Source: an uncultured bacterium (GTDB lineage Bacteria > Verrucomicrobiota > Verrucomicrobiia > Verrucomicrobiales > DEV007). From it: a stretch of 64,000 nucleotides of DNA. Shown here piece after piece: positions 10,389 to 20,366 of this stretch (positions within the stretch are counted from its first letter, which is position 1; the number at the start of each line of letters is the position of its first letter). The DNA is taken from the NCBI GenBank assembly GCA_963977015.1, contig CAXBMO010000016.1:87045-151044 (forward strand), read 5' to 3'. The position numbers were made by a program, and so were the translations under genes. Below the pieces are notes generated by a model. That model ran no database searches. It worked only from the letters and a program-made list of their open reading frames with translations, and was not told the DNA's origin.

Positions 10389-11525
10389 TTAGCCAACGGC
10401 TTCGAGCGTCCGCTTCAGCGTCCCCGTCAACTCATCGGCTGCCGCCGCCGAGAGCGGAGCTTTCGTCACCATACTGAGGCAAACCGGGCCGTAGCGCGTT
10501 TCACAGCCGAGCACGCAAAGCCACTGTTCCGATCCCATCGGTAAGTAAACTCCCGAACTGGCTCCTTCTCCGCCAACTTTCGGCCCAACGTTCTCGAGCA
10601 CTTTCATGAGCTGGAGAGCCGACCCCACAAACGAAGCTTCCTGCTGCTTCTCGTCTTCCATCAGGGAATAACCCTGACCATCGGTGATTTGAAACCGGGT
10701 GCATTCGGTCACTTGATGAACCCAATCACCATAGGCCTGCAGTCGAATGCGAAGCGATCCTTGAGGCAGCAACAGAACCTGGTCGAGATTCTCGGCAACT
10801 TCCTCATCCTCAGCCGATTCCGGCTCTCCTTCGACGATCTGCTCAACTTCTTCTTCCTCTTCCGGTAAAACGGCCTCCACGGGTGGCTCGGGAACCGAAC
10901 TTGGCGGCTGGGGAAGATTTTCCGAAACGGGAATCTCTTCCGCTTCTTCTTCGATCGCCTCCGGATCGGACTCGGCCTTCAAGAAGGGCTCTGTATCTTC
11001 GGCTTCCGGAAGGGAACTACGTCCCAAGCGCCGAATATGGGCCAGCGTTTCGTCCGCTCGCACCTTGCTCTGCATCGAAATCACTTTGGGCGGTGGAATA
11101 TCGTCTTCGTCTTCGACAATCTGCTCATCCTCTCCCGAATCCGGCTCCACAATGGCTTCCGGCTGATCTGGCTCTTCAGAAGGGGGAGCCAGATCCTCCT
11201 CAACAGGTGCCTTTTCCGTGAAGATAGCTTCCGATTCAACGATCTTGTCTTCCGCAACCTCCTGTTTTTGAGGCACTTCCAACTCATCCAAGCTGGGAAA
11301 CGAACTCAACCCGTCGGATTGAACCTTCTCCCAAGCCAACGGAATGTCGGGCACCAGTGAAACTGGCGCGTCGTCCAAAGAAGAACCTGCCTGAGGGGAG
11401 CGAAGCGGCGGAAGTTGCGGAGGTTGCCCGGAATCTTTTGCCTTTTCGTCGGGCATCAATTGCTCGACCAGCTTCGCGATCTCGCTGAGATCAATCCATG
11501 AGTCGGATGAGTCGTGGGGTGGCAT
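10389..11525 (-). CDS. Hypothetical protein: Glu/Pro-rich linker plus globular C-terminal domain
   Basis: Overlaps the ParA stop. Long acidic low-complexity middle and a ~125-aa alpha/beta C-terminus. Confidence 0.7.
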   Translation of the reverse strand: MPPHDSSDSWIDLSEIAKLVEQLMPDEKAKDSGQPPQLPPLRSPQAGSSLDDAPVSLVPDIPLAWEKVQSDGLSSFPSLDELEVPQKQEVAEDKIVESEAIFTEKAPVEEDLAPPSEEPDQPEAIVEPDSGEDEQIVEDEDDIPPPKVISMQSKVRADETLAHIRRLGRSSLPEAEDTEPFLKAESDPEAIEEEAEEIPVSENLPQPPSSVPEPPVEAVLPEEEEEVEQIVEGEPESAEDEEVAENLDQVLLLPQGSLRIRLQAYGDWVHQVTECTRFQITDGQGYSLMEDEKQQEASFVGSALQLMKVLENVGPKVGGEGASSGVYLPMGSEQWLCVLGCETRYGPVCLSMVTKAPLSAAAADELTGTLKRTLEAVG

Positions 11526-12309
11526 CTTCGTCTTCTGAGGTATCAAGGTTCATGCGTCCCTCCAATTCGGCCGCCAATTGCTCGAAAATCAGCGCCAAGG
11601 GCGTCGGGTTCTTCTGCAACAAGCCTAGGGGAACGCCGTAATCGCTGGCCCGGAGGAACATGGGGTCGCGCGGAATGGTCGTATCGAGCATCAACTCGCC
11701 GGGCAGCATCTGGCGCATTTTTCGCAAAACATCAAGGCTGGTCGGATCGTCCCGCTGCACCATGGTCGCCAAAATTCCGGCAACCTTGATCGGAGGATCC
11801 TTCTTCGATAACTCCGCCATGCGTTGCAGAACCTGTGGCAAACTCCGCATCGCAAGCGGCTCCGCCTGCTCGGGAATCATCACGTAGTCCGCCACGCTCA
11901 ACAAATCGCTGGTCACACTGTGTGTTCCCGCCGGGGTATCGATCACGATAATCTCGAAATCCATCAGGTTGATTTGCGAGAACAAGGTCTCGACCTGAGC
12001 GCGGCGGGCGTCCGGATCAACGGCAATCGGCGTCTTCAAAAACCGCTCGTAGTCTCCCGCCGTCAAAATCTGGAACTCGGGCAACCGAGTCTTGATCATG
12101 AGTTCTTCCAGGCTATCACCGACCATGGCATCAAAAAACCCACGGTTGGAGTTGGCTTTGTCCGTCACGGAAAGGCCCACGGATCCCTGGGGATCACAAT
12201 CAAGTAGCAAAACCCGCCAGCCGCGTCGTGCCAGGCTGTAAGCAAGGTTCACGGCGACCGTGGTTTTCCCCACGCCTCCTTTTTGGCTAGATATACAAAG
12301 CTTCGTCAC
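11491..12309 (-). CDS. ParA/Soj family ATPase
   Basis: SQKGGVGKTT deviant Walker A, LLLDCDPQGS, IVIDTP. GTG start at 12309 is probable. Confidence 0.9.
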   Translation of the reverse strand: MTKLCISSQKGGVGKTTVAVNLAYSLARRGWRVLLLDCDPQGSVGLSVTDKANSNRGFFDAMVGDSLEELMIKTRLPEFQILTAGDYERFLKTPIAVDPDARRAQVETLFSQINLMDFEIIVIDTPAGTHSVTSDLLSVADYVMIPEQAEPLAMRSLPQVLQRMAELSKKDPPIKVAGILATMVQRDDPTSLDVLRKMRQMLPGELMLDTTIPRDPMFLRASDYGVPLGLLQKNPTPLALIFEQLAAELEGRMNLDTSEDEDATPRLIRLMD

Positions 12310-12456
12310 GCAGGTTCGACTATTAGCGAATCCTAACAGGTTGCAAGGCCGAGAATTTGAGGAAAGGCGGATTTCTTCGATCAAATCTGCGACACCCTGA
12401 CGCTCAGCCAAATCGAGCACGTTCACGCGCCCTGACACCGATTCGATCCCTGACCA

Positions 12457-12957
12457 TCAATGGAGCGTAACCGGTGTTCCAATCGCCGATTCGTAGACCT
12501 GATGGAGGAGAAACGTCTGTTGTGCACCCAGTTTCTGGCCGATCTGCGCGATGGCATAGAGGGCGAGTGCCGCCGCCAAAAACCCTCCAAAAATCCAGAA
12601 CCCCCATGGTCTGGAACCAATGGACCACTGGCAAAACGCAAAAATCCCCGAAACGAAGCCGAGGAACCCGACGATGATGTAGCCGTAGAGAAACAGGGCC
12701 CAGACGTTCGCGTTGGGCCCGTAGACGCCGCGAATCAGCGTTTCGCCTTCGCCGGTGGATTCCAGATTCAAATGAAGTCTGGGTGACCAGAAATGTTGAT
12801 CCTGCTCGGGAATCCGAAGGCAGAGAAACCCGGAGAACCGTTTGAGCTCACATCGATCGCTCTGCTCCGCAATGCTGGTTTGGATCTGCTCTTCGACTTC
12901 GTCGGGCTTCAAGGCCACCACTTGGCGGAATTGGAGCCTGATCTTGAAACTGCTCAT
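12457..12957 (-). CDS. Hypothetical membrane protein
   Basis: FWSPRLHL and GPNANVW, followed by two hydrophobic helices. Confidence 0.65.
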   Translation of the reverse strand: MSSFKIRLQFRQVVALKPDEVEEQIQTSIAEQSDRCELKRFSGFLCLRIPEQDQHFWSPRLHLNLESTGEGETLIRGVYGPNANVWALFLYGYIIVGFLGFVSGIFAFCQWSIGSRPWGFWIFGGFLAAALALYAIAQIGQKLGAQQTFLLHQVYESAIGTPVTLH

Positions 12958-12962
12958 CGCTC

Positions 12963-15056
12963 CTACCAGTTTGCGTCGCTGCCGAAGAAGCTGTCAATCC
13001 TGAAGGTTTGCATCGTTACTTTGGGTGCGGGCGTTTCAATCTCGTAATGGAGAATGTTGCCGGAAAACCGGTTCGGCGTCTCGTAGTCACCAACCGGATC
13101 CTTGAAATCTTCGTTCAGGTAGAGACCGATCGCGGGTTGGTTCGTGAGGAGCCCGGATGATGGAGCTGTCGCCACCGTGACGCCATTGACGGCCACCGAC
13201 AGTTGCTCAGCGTTCAAGGCAGCGGAGATCGTGACCTTTCCGGAGACTGGCATCCGCGCTTGCACCGAAAAGAGTTCGCCTTCGTTCCGGACCGAAAAAA
13301 CCGGGCACCCATCGACAAAATGCACCGCATACCCAAAGGCAAATCCCCCATGAGAAAGCGCAACGCCGGACGGTCTCGGATGATCAATCGTCACCGAAAC
13401 AGTGAATTCCCGGCCCTGAACTTGAGGTGGGTTCGGAATCCCTTGGGACGGCACCTTCTTCGGGTAAACGCCGACTCTCGCAGCCCAGTCATCCCACTTT
13501 TGGGCAAGCGCTTTCACGATCCCCGGATTGCTCGCCGCAAGGTTCGTCGTTTCCGTTCGATCCTTGACCATGTTGTAGAGTTCCCACTTGGTTGGATCAA
13601 CGCCTTGATTGGCGGCAACTCCTCGCCCCACCAGTTTCCAACCGGCATCGCGAACAAACGCGTTGTTTTCGTGCTCGATGAAGAGGGGAGCCTTGCGTTT
13701 CAGGGGCTTCGCGCCAAATGCAGGCCGCAGGGAAACTCCGTCCAACGCGGGTAGGTCGTTCCCATGAAACGTCTTCGGATACCTGGCGCCGGCAACATCC
13801 AGAATGGTCGGCATCACATCGATCAACTGACCCGGCTCCGCATACCAATCCTCGTGCCTGGCGATCTTGGCCGGCCAATGCATGAAAAACGGTGTCGCCG
13901 CACCTCCCTCGTGAGCAAAATGCTTGTAGAGCCGAAACGGCGTACTGCCCGCGTTCGCCCAGGCTTCGCCGTAGCTGTTCGCACTTTCCTGGTTTCGCTT
14001 CTCAATGTCGTAAAAATTTCCGCGCCCCAACTTTCCGCCCTCCTGACACGCGCCGTTGTCCGACAGAAAAAGTATCAGGGTATTGTCAAACATTCCGGCC
14101 TCTTTCAGGAACCCAACCAACTTCCCAACATTCTGGTCAACGCGGTCAATCATCGCGGCATAGACCGCCATCTTCAGATCCATCTCGTCCTGCTTTTTCT
14201 CATCCAGCGACTCCCAATCCGGAATGCCCGGCGTTCTCGGCGAAAGCTCCCATTCAGGCTTGATCAATCCCAGTTCAATCTGCTTTTGATAGCGGGCCTT
14301 GCGCAACGCATCCCAACCCGCTTTGTACTTCCCGCGATACTTCGCAATGTCATCCTCGAATGCCTGCAACGGCCAATGCGGTGCGGTGTAGGCCAGGTAC
14401 AGAAACGAGGGCCGCTTCCTCCCTGCCTGCTCTTCTTTCAGAAAGCGGATCGCATGATCAGTAAAGGCATCCGTGGTGTAGAATGCCTCCTCCGTTGTGC
14501 TTTCCGGCTTCTCGACATGCTCGTTACCCGAGGTCATTCCCCGAGGGGCTTCGGGATGAAAAAACCGGGTCGCACCGGAGATGCAGCCGTAGAATTTTTC
14601 GAATCCGCGCTGCATGGGCCAACGGTCCTGATCGTTGTATCCCAAGTGCCACTTCCCGGCCATCAAGGTCGCATAACCGCTTTCCTTCAGCACCTCACCG
14701 ATGGTGACGCATTGCTTGTTGATATAGCCCTGGTAGGCAGGCGGTTCACTTTTGCCCCGCTCCTTTCCCGGCGGTTGCGTCATCCAGCCAATCCCGGTTT
14801 GGTGCGGGTGCAGCCCCGTCATCAACGTGGCCCGGGTCGGGCAACAGCGACCGCTGTTGTAAAACTGGGAGAATCGAACTCCACCATGGGCGAGGCGATC
14901 CAAGTGGGGCGTCTCGATCTCACTTCCGTGGTAACCAAGATCAGAGAATCCCATGTCATCGACCATGATCAAAATGACGTGAGGACGTTCGGCGGCCACG
15001 GCGTTGGCCAGGATCCCGAACCAGAGCGCCAGCAGGAGAAAAGGAGGGGTTTTCAT
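12963..15056 (-). CDS. Arylsulfatase (formylglycine-dependent) with C-terminal LamG-like beta domain
   Basis: Signal peptide, VDDMGFSD, CCPTRATLMTG (CxPxR), GKWHLG, APHWPL, SDNG. Confidence 0.92.
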   Translation of the reverse strand: MKTPPFLLLALWFGILANAVAAERPHVILIMVDDMGFSDLGYHGSEIETPHLDRLAHGGVRFSQFYNSGRCCPTRATLMTGLHPHQTGIGWMTQPPGKERGKSEPPAYQGYINKQCVTIGEVLKESGYATLMAGKWHLGYNDQDRWPMQRGFEKFYGCISGATRFFHPEAPRGMTSGNEHVEKPESTTEEAFYTTDAFTDHAIRFLKEEQAGRKRPSFLYLAYTAPHWPLQAFEDDIAKYRGKYKAGWDALRKARYQKQIELGLIKPEWELSPRTPGIPDWESLDEKKQDEMDLKMAVYAAMIDRVDQNVGKLVGFLKEAGMFDNTLILFLSDNGACQEGGKLGRGNFYDIEKRNQESANSYGEAWANAGSTPFRLYKHFAHEGGAATPFFMHWPAKIARHEDWYAEPGQLIDVMPTILDVAGARYPKTFHGNDLPALDGVSLRPAFGAKPLKRKAPLFIEHENNAFVRDAGWKLVGRGVAANQGVDPTKWELYNMVKDRTETTNLAASNPGIVKALAQKWDDWAARVGVYPKKVPSQGIPNPPQVQGREFTVSVTIDHPRPSGVALSHGGFAFGYAVHFVDGCPVFSVRNEGELFSVQARMPVSGKVTISAALNAEQLSVAVNGVTVATAPSSGLLTNQPAIGLYLNEDFKDPVGDYETPNRFSGNILHYEIETPAPKVTMQTFRIDSFFGSDANW

Positions 15057-15191
15057 GATCCTACCCATACGAAACCTCAAACTCGGGTTCTAGGGGAATT
15101 CCTGCCGATTTTTGGCAAAACCTGACCATCCGAACTCCCTCGAACGATTTCTGATCGGGATGACCGACGAATTGCGTGAACTCGCCGGGAA

Positions 15192-15845
15192 TCAGTTTTC
15201 TACCGGAACCGCCGCCCGTTGAAGCTGCAGTTGGTCAAGCTCCGTTTGGTGCCGGCGACTCAAGAAAACGACCGCAAACACCGCCCCGACAAGCGCGAGA
15301 AACATGTCCCACTGCGTATCCCAGATATCTCCCTGCATCCCGAGGAACTGATCCGCCGTCTCATCTCCGGTCGAAATCGCGACCCACCATTCCAGAATCT
15401 CATAAAAGGCGCTGAAGGCGAGACAGGAGGCGATCACAAAACTCCATAACCAGGGACCTCGCCGCAGTGGCGTGTGGCGGACCACCAGTTCCCGAATCAA
15501 GATGGCCGGGAAAAAGCCCTGGGCCAAATGACCAATGCGATCATAGGGATTGCGTTCCCAGCCAAGCCATTCCTGCAAGGTAAAGCCCAGCGGAACACGG
15601 GCATAGGTATAATGGCCACCCACCACGAGAATCAGCCCGTGAACAAACAGCAGCCGATAGGTAAGTGGAGTCAGAGGAAACCTCCGATAGGTCAGAAAAA
15701 GCACGAGCACCCCAACCAGCACGGGGGAGGTCTCCAGGAACCAGATAAGCTGACCGTACGGTTGAATCCCTGAAATCGCGAATGCGATCAGGCTCGCCGT
15801 GAGCAAAATCAGGGGTTCGTTGCGGTGGGGGGCTTTTTTCGACAC
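15192..15845 (-). CDS. DUF2238 (YjdF-like) membrane protein
   Basis: GGHYTYARVPLG, RNPYDRIGH, FLGMQGDIWDTQWDM. Confidence 0.85.
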   Translation of the reverse strand: MSKKAPHRNEPLILLTASLIAFAISGIQPYGQLIWFLETSPVLVGVLVLFLTYRRFPLTPLTYRLLFVHGLILVVGGHYTYARVPLGFTLQEWLGWERNPYDRIGHLAQGFFPAILIRELVVRHTPLRRGPWLWSFVIASCLAFSAFYEILEWWVAISTGDETADQFLGMQGDIWDTQWDMFLALVGAVFAVVFLSRRHQTELDQLQLQRAAVPVEN

Positions 15846-15915
15846 GTGTTTCTTTTAAGGTCAGGTGTTTTCCGGCACTTGCAATCCCTCCCACTTGCTC
15901 CGTCCCGAACCCCGA

Positions 15916-16034
15916 TCACTTGAGGTGACGATCCAGAAAATTGGCCGAGTGATTCACGCAAACGTCGAACCGTTCCTGACCGCTGATGAATCCATGCGGC
16001 GCCCCTGGAATCATCGTAAAGCTGCCTTCAACTC
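15916..16034 (-). pseudogene. Orphan C-terminal fragment of an alpha/beta hydrolase
   Basis: Hand translation (..AGVGVEGSFTMIPGAPHGFISGQERFDVCVNHSANFLDRHLK*) matches typical esterase C-termini (GAxHGF...FLDxHLK). In-frame stop shortly upstream. Confidence 0.5.
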
Positions 16035-16415
16035 CTACTCCCGCTTTTTGCTGTAACGGCGGGACGTTGGCCCGGAAGGTCCACCGGCACCGGCAGGAGC
16101 ACGCTTGCGAACCTGGGCCTCACGTCCCGGCTCATCGGAATTCGACCGGATCAACGGGGGAAGAAAGCTCGTCCGTGTCGAACTTGTGCCCGAGCTCAGT
16201 TCCGATTTTGCAATCGCCTGATTCCCATCCGCATCCACCGAACTCACCAATTCCTGAAATCGCTTGGTATGGTAGGCGATGAACTCGCTTTGCGTGATTT
16301 CACCATTTTGATCGGCATCCACCCGATCAAAGGTGGATGAGAGGCTTTCCTGGGCTTGTGATGGAACCATGAGGCCAACGACCAGGAGCAATAGAGTTGA
16401 GAGGGAGCATTTCAT
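16035..16415 (-). CDS. Small secreted EF-hand protein
   Basis: Signal peptide; DADQNGEITQSE and DADGNQAIAKSE loops. Confidence 0.7.
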   Translation of the reverse strand: MKCSLSTLLLLVVGLMVPSQAQESLSSTFDRVDADQNGEITQSEFIAYHTKRFQELVSSVDADGNQAIAKSELSSGTSSTRTSFLPPLIRSNSDEPGREAQVRKRAPAGAGGPSGPTSRRYSKKRE

Positions 16416-16552
16416 GTCGGGGGAGATTATGACCAGAGTTGGGCAAAATGCTAGAACCGATTTTTGGACAGATTTCGGCCCCCGACATTCGCCTCACCGT
16501 CCAGAAATCACTTGGCTTTGCCGCGATTCTACGCGTTGGAGTGAATTCACCC

Positions 16553-17833
16553 ATGATGAAACCTCTTCTCTTTTTTATCGCCCTACTTCTCACTGCGCCC
16601 CACCTCTTTTCGGAGGACGATTACCCGCTCCGCGACGCCGTGGAATGCCATCCCCGCAGCGGTCTCCCCAATGTGTTGGCAAAGCTGGAAGCCGGCGAGC
16701 CGGTAAAGGTTGCCTATCTCGGCGGGAGCATCACCGCCGCAGCAGGTTGGCGCGTCGGTTCACGAACCTGGCTCCAGGAACAGTATCCGGATGCTGAAAT
16801 CAGTGAGATTCATGCTGCCATCGGTGGAACGGGCTCGGATCTCGGCGTTTTTCGCCTCGGACTGGACGTTCTTCGTCACCAGCCGGATCTGCTCTTCGTC
16901 GAATTTGCCGTCAATGATGGAGGTGCCCCTCCCGCGCGGATTCACAAGGCGATGGAAGGAATCGTCCGCCAAACCTGGAAGGCGAATCCGGACATCGACA
17001 TCTGCTACGTTTACACGTTGACCGACAAAATGCTCCCAGATCTGCATGCCGGAAAGATGCCGCGGGCAGCAAGTGCCATGGAGGCTCTCGCGGATCACTA
17101 TCAGATTCCCTCCATCCATTTTGGAGTGGAAGTGGCGAAGCTTGAAGCGGCCGGAGAACTCGTTTTCAAAGCGCCCAAGCCCGAGGATCTCGAGACGGCA
17201 AAACCGATGGTTTTTTCATCCGACGGGGTCCATCCCCATGCCCAAACCGGTCACAAACTTTACACCGAAGCGATCGCAAGATCCTGGCCCGCCATTCAGA
17301 AAGCCAACTCTGATCCCAAGCCCCATCCTCTGCCAAACCCGTTCCGCGAGGACAACTGGGAACGCGCAACCCAGGTTCCCATTACTCCCGCGATGCTAAG
17401 CGGAAACTGGGAAAAACTCGATCCCGAGCACACCCTCGCCAAGCGCTTTGCCCGCAACATGCCGACCATCTATCAGGCCAAGGAAGCGGGCGCCTCGCTC
17501 ACCTTTTCCTTCAACGGCACCACTGCGGCGGTCTTCGATCTTCTCGGTCCGGATGGATGCGAAGTTTCCGTTCAGGTTGATGACGAGACACCTGCCATGA
17601 AGAAACGGATCGATGGCTATTGCACCTATCACCGGATGAGCAAACTCAACGTTGCCAGCGAATTGGAGGAAGCTACTCACGCCATTACCGTGACCGTAAC
17701 GCCTACCGCGCTCGACAAGCGCTCGATCCTTTTTGAGAAAAATCGAGAGACCTACGACAAGAATCCTGACAGATACGCCGACCACACGTGGTATGCAGCG
17801 TCGCTTCTGATTCTGGGTGAGCTGATCGAGTAA
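16553..17833 (+). CDS. SGNH/GDSL hydrolase family protein
   Basis: AYLGGSIT, GGTGS, EFAVND and DGVHP blocks; signal peptide. Confidence 0.9.
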   Translation: MMKPLLFFIALLLTAPHLFSEDDYPLRDAVECHPRSGLPNVLAKLEAGEPVKVAYLGGSITAAAGWRVGSRTWLQEQYPDAEISEIHAAIGGTGSDLGVFRLGLDVLRHQPDLLFVEFAVNDGGAPPARIHKAMEGIVRQTWKANPDIDICYVYTLTDKMLPDLHAGKMPRAASAMEALADHYQIPSIHFGVEVAKLEAAGELVFKAPKPEDLETAKPMVFSSDGVHPHAQTGHKLYTEAIARSWPAIQKANSDPKPHPLPNPFREDNWERATQVPITPAMLSGNWEKLDPEHTLAKRFARNMPTIYQAKEAGASLTFSFNGTTAAVFDLLGPDGCEVSVQVDDETPAMKKRIDGYCTYHRMSKLNVASELEEATHAITVTVTPTALDKRSILFEKNRETYDKNPDRYADHTWYAASLLILGELIE

Positions 17834-17896
17834 ACGCCCGGTTAACCACCGTCCGCAAATTCCCGTTCACGCTCGGGGATCAGCCGTCGGCATCCC

Positions 17897-19396
17897 CTAC
17901 CTCCGAGTCCGAGGTTTCGCTTCCGGGTAAGCCGCCAGCTTCGCCCGCAGTTCCTGAACCACTTCCGGCAACTGCGCGGCCAGGTTCGCGGTTTCAACGG
18001 AGCCGTTCTCGTAGTCATAGAGCTCAATCTCGGCACTTGCCGGGTCCGCTCCGGGCGCTTTCCATTCCACCAACCGGTAGCGCTCCGTGCGAATCGCCCG
18101 GCCCAACTTCCGTTTTGGGTAGGCATGAAACGCGTGATCGCGCACCCGTGCCTCAGGATTTTTCAAGACCGGAACCAACGAAACGCCGTCGATTGGCTGC
18201 GGGCCTTTCGGCGCGGGCAAACCTGCAAGCTCAGCCACGGTCGGAAAAAGATCGACACTCTCGGCAGGTTGATTGGTATGGGAACCCGGTTTGGTCACTC
18301 CGGGCGCCGTGATCAAAATCGGGATGCGGGTCGCTTGCTCATAGTTCGTGTGCTTGGTCCAGATTCCCAAGTCACCGAGATGAAAGCCATGGTCGCCCCA
18401 CAACACCACGATCGTATTCTCCGACAACCCCAACCGATCCAGCTCAGCCATCACCTTGCCGATTTGGGCGTCCACGAAACTGGTGCTGGCATAATAGCCA
18501 TGAATGAGTTTGCGCTTCAATTCCTCGCTGAATTCGCCATTCACCGGCACCGGCTCGTACGCGGCGATCTCCCCTCCCCGCTTGTGCGCCACGGTTGGCG
18601 AATCCTGCGGCACCTCTTCGATCGACGGCAGCGGCAACTCGTCCGGATGATAGAGATCCCAATATTTTTTCGGCGCACTGAACGGCAAATGGGGGCGAAC
18701 AAACCCCGCCGTGATCAAAAACGGGGTTCCCTCTTTCTCCCGGAGTTCCCGGGCTGCCTGCAATCGCGCCACCGTTTCCGCCGCCACTCTTCCATCGGCA
18801 TACTCTTCATCCTCAGCCTCGGGAGATTCAAACGCGGCCCCGCGCGGCAGGGATTTGATCTCTCCAAGGCGCTGGTTGGTGAACAACGCCTCTTCGCGAG
18901 TCAACTTTCCCCCATCCGTGCTGGCGGGATCCAGATACTCAATCACCAGGTCCTTGAAATGCGGCACGCTGAAGGACTCCGGATCGCCTTCATTGCCGTG
19001 CCCGATATGGAAGACTTTGCCGAGCGATTCCGTTCGGTAACCATGGTTGGCGAAATGCTGCGGCATCGTCACCGCGTCCGGCAAAACGTTCCGCAGCTTG
19101 CTGCCAAGTCCATAGAGCCCGGTCGAGGTCGAATGCGATCCCAACATCAAGGTAAATCGTGAAGGAGCACACACCGCCTGATTGCAGAACGCGAGATCGA
19201 AGCGCATGCCTCGCTCCGCCAACGCATCGAGGTGCGGCGTCTTCGCCACGGGATCCCCATAACACCCCAACGAAGGCTTGAGATCGTCCACCAGCAGGAG
19301 GAGCACATTCGGTCGCTCGGCAAAGAGCGGTGGCGCGAGCAGAACGAGGAGAAGCAGACAACAACAATGGGGTTTGGTCATGGCAAGGCCCAGCAT
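17897..19396 (-). CDS. Sulfatase (iduronate-2-sulfatase/choline-sulfatase-like)
   Basis: VDDLKP, VCAPSR, GKVFH, RPHLPF, WGDHGFHLGD. Confidence 0.92.
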   Translation of the reverse strand: MLGLAMTKPHCCCLLLLVLLAPPLFAERPNVLLLLVDDLKPSLGCYGDPVAKTPHLDALAERGMRFDLAFCNQAVCAPSRFTLMLGSHSTSTGLYGLGSKLRNVLPDAVTMPQHFANHGYRTESLGKVFHIGHGNEGDPESFSVPHFKDLVIEYLDPASTDGGKLTREEALFTNQRLGEIKSLPRGAAFESPEAEDEEYADGRVAAETVARLQAARELREKEGTPFLITAGFVRPHLPFSAPKKYWDLYHPDELPLPSIEEVPQDSPTVAHKRGGEIAAYEPVPVNGEFSEELKRKLIHGYYASTSFVDAQIGKVMAELDRLGLSENTIVVLWGDHGFHLGDLGIWTKHTNYEQATRIPILITAPGVTKPGSHTNQPAESVDLFPTVAELAGLPAPKGPQPIDGVSLVPVLKNPEARVRDHAFHAYPKRKLGRAIRTERYRLVEWKAPGADPASAEIELYDYENGSVETANLAAQLPEVVQELRAKLAAYPEAKPRTRR

Positions 19397-19486
19397 TCAC
19401 AAAGTTCGCTCAAAAGAAAAGCCTGATTGAACTTTCCTCCTTGTGCATTGCGGCATTGCACCAACCATACAATCAACCCCGCATTC

Positions 19487-20326
19487 ATGACCAACGAACA
19501 AGCCATTCAGGAAAACCTCGAAGGATGGGAGAACGTCGCCCACCTTCATGCGCAAGGCTCCGGAGCCGCGTTCTATCGCATCGAGCAATGGCTTGCCGGT
19601 GAGTGTAAACTGGGAGACTGGGAAGTGGAAGAGATCGGTGAGATTGAAGGCCGGAGCCTGCTTCATTTGCAATGCCACATTGGGACCGACACGCTGAGTT
19701 GGGCAAGACGCGGCGCCAAGGTCACCGGACTCGATTTTTCGTCCAAGGCGATTCAGGAGGCGGAACGTTTTGCTGGCTTGTTGGGAATCGACAGCGCCCG
19801 CTTTGTGATTTCCTCCGTCGAGAACGCGGTCAACACTCTCAACGGCGAGACCTTCGACATTCTCTACACCGGTCGCGGCGCACTCTGTTGGTTACCCGAT
19901 CTCAACGAGTGGGCTGCTGTTTGTCGTCAACTGGTCAAGGACGGCGGCGTACTCTATCTGGAGGAGGTTCATCCCACCCTCAGCTTGCTCGATTGTATCG
20001 AGGTCGATGGAAAGAAGATCCTGGCCCCAAAATATGATCCCTTTCATCAAGGACCGGTCTCTGAAACCTGCGAAGGTTCCTACGCCGACCGCGACGCGAA
20101 GACGGGCCCGATCATCACGCATTGCTGGGAGTTTCGCTTCGACACCCTCATCAACGCACTGGTTCAGAACGGCTTCCGGATCGATTTCCTTCACGAACGT
20201 CCCCAATGTTTCTACAAGCCGCGGGACGACGAAATGTTCGTGGCGGTCGATGAACGCTATTGGCGATTGGCCGACGACCAGGTGCCCATCCCCATGTCCT
20301 TTACGTTGCGGGCGATTGCGGACTGA
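19487..20326 (+). CDS. Class I SAM-dependent methyltransferase
   Basis: LLHLQCHIGTDTLS, VTGLDFS, FDILYTGRGALCWLPDL. Confidence 0.88.
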   Translation: MTNEQAIQENLEGWENVAHLHAQGSGAAFYRIEQWLAGECKLGDWEVEEIGEIEGRSLLHLQCHIGTDTLSWARRGAKVTGLDFSSKAIQEAERFAGLLGIDSARFVISSVENAVNTLNGETFDILYTGRGALCWLPDLNEWAAVCRQLVKDGGVLYLEEVHPTLSLLDCIEVDGKKILAPKYDPFHQGPVSETCEGSYADRDAKTGPIITHCWEFRFDTLINALVQNGFRIDFLHERPQCFYKPRDDEMFVAVDERYWRLADDQVPIPMSFTLRAIAD

Positions 20327-20366
20327 CAACTCCGCGCCCGCCGAGTCGAGGATCTCTCGTTGCTGC

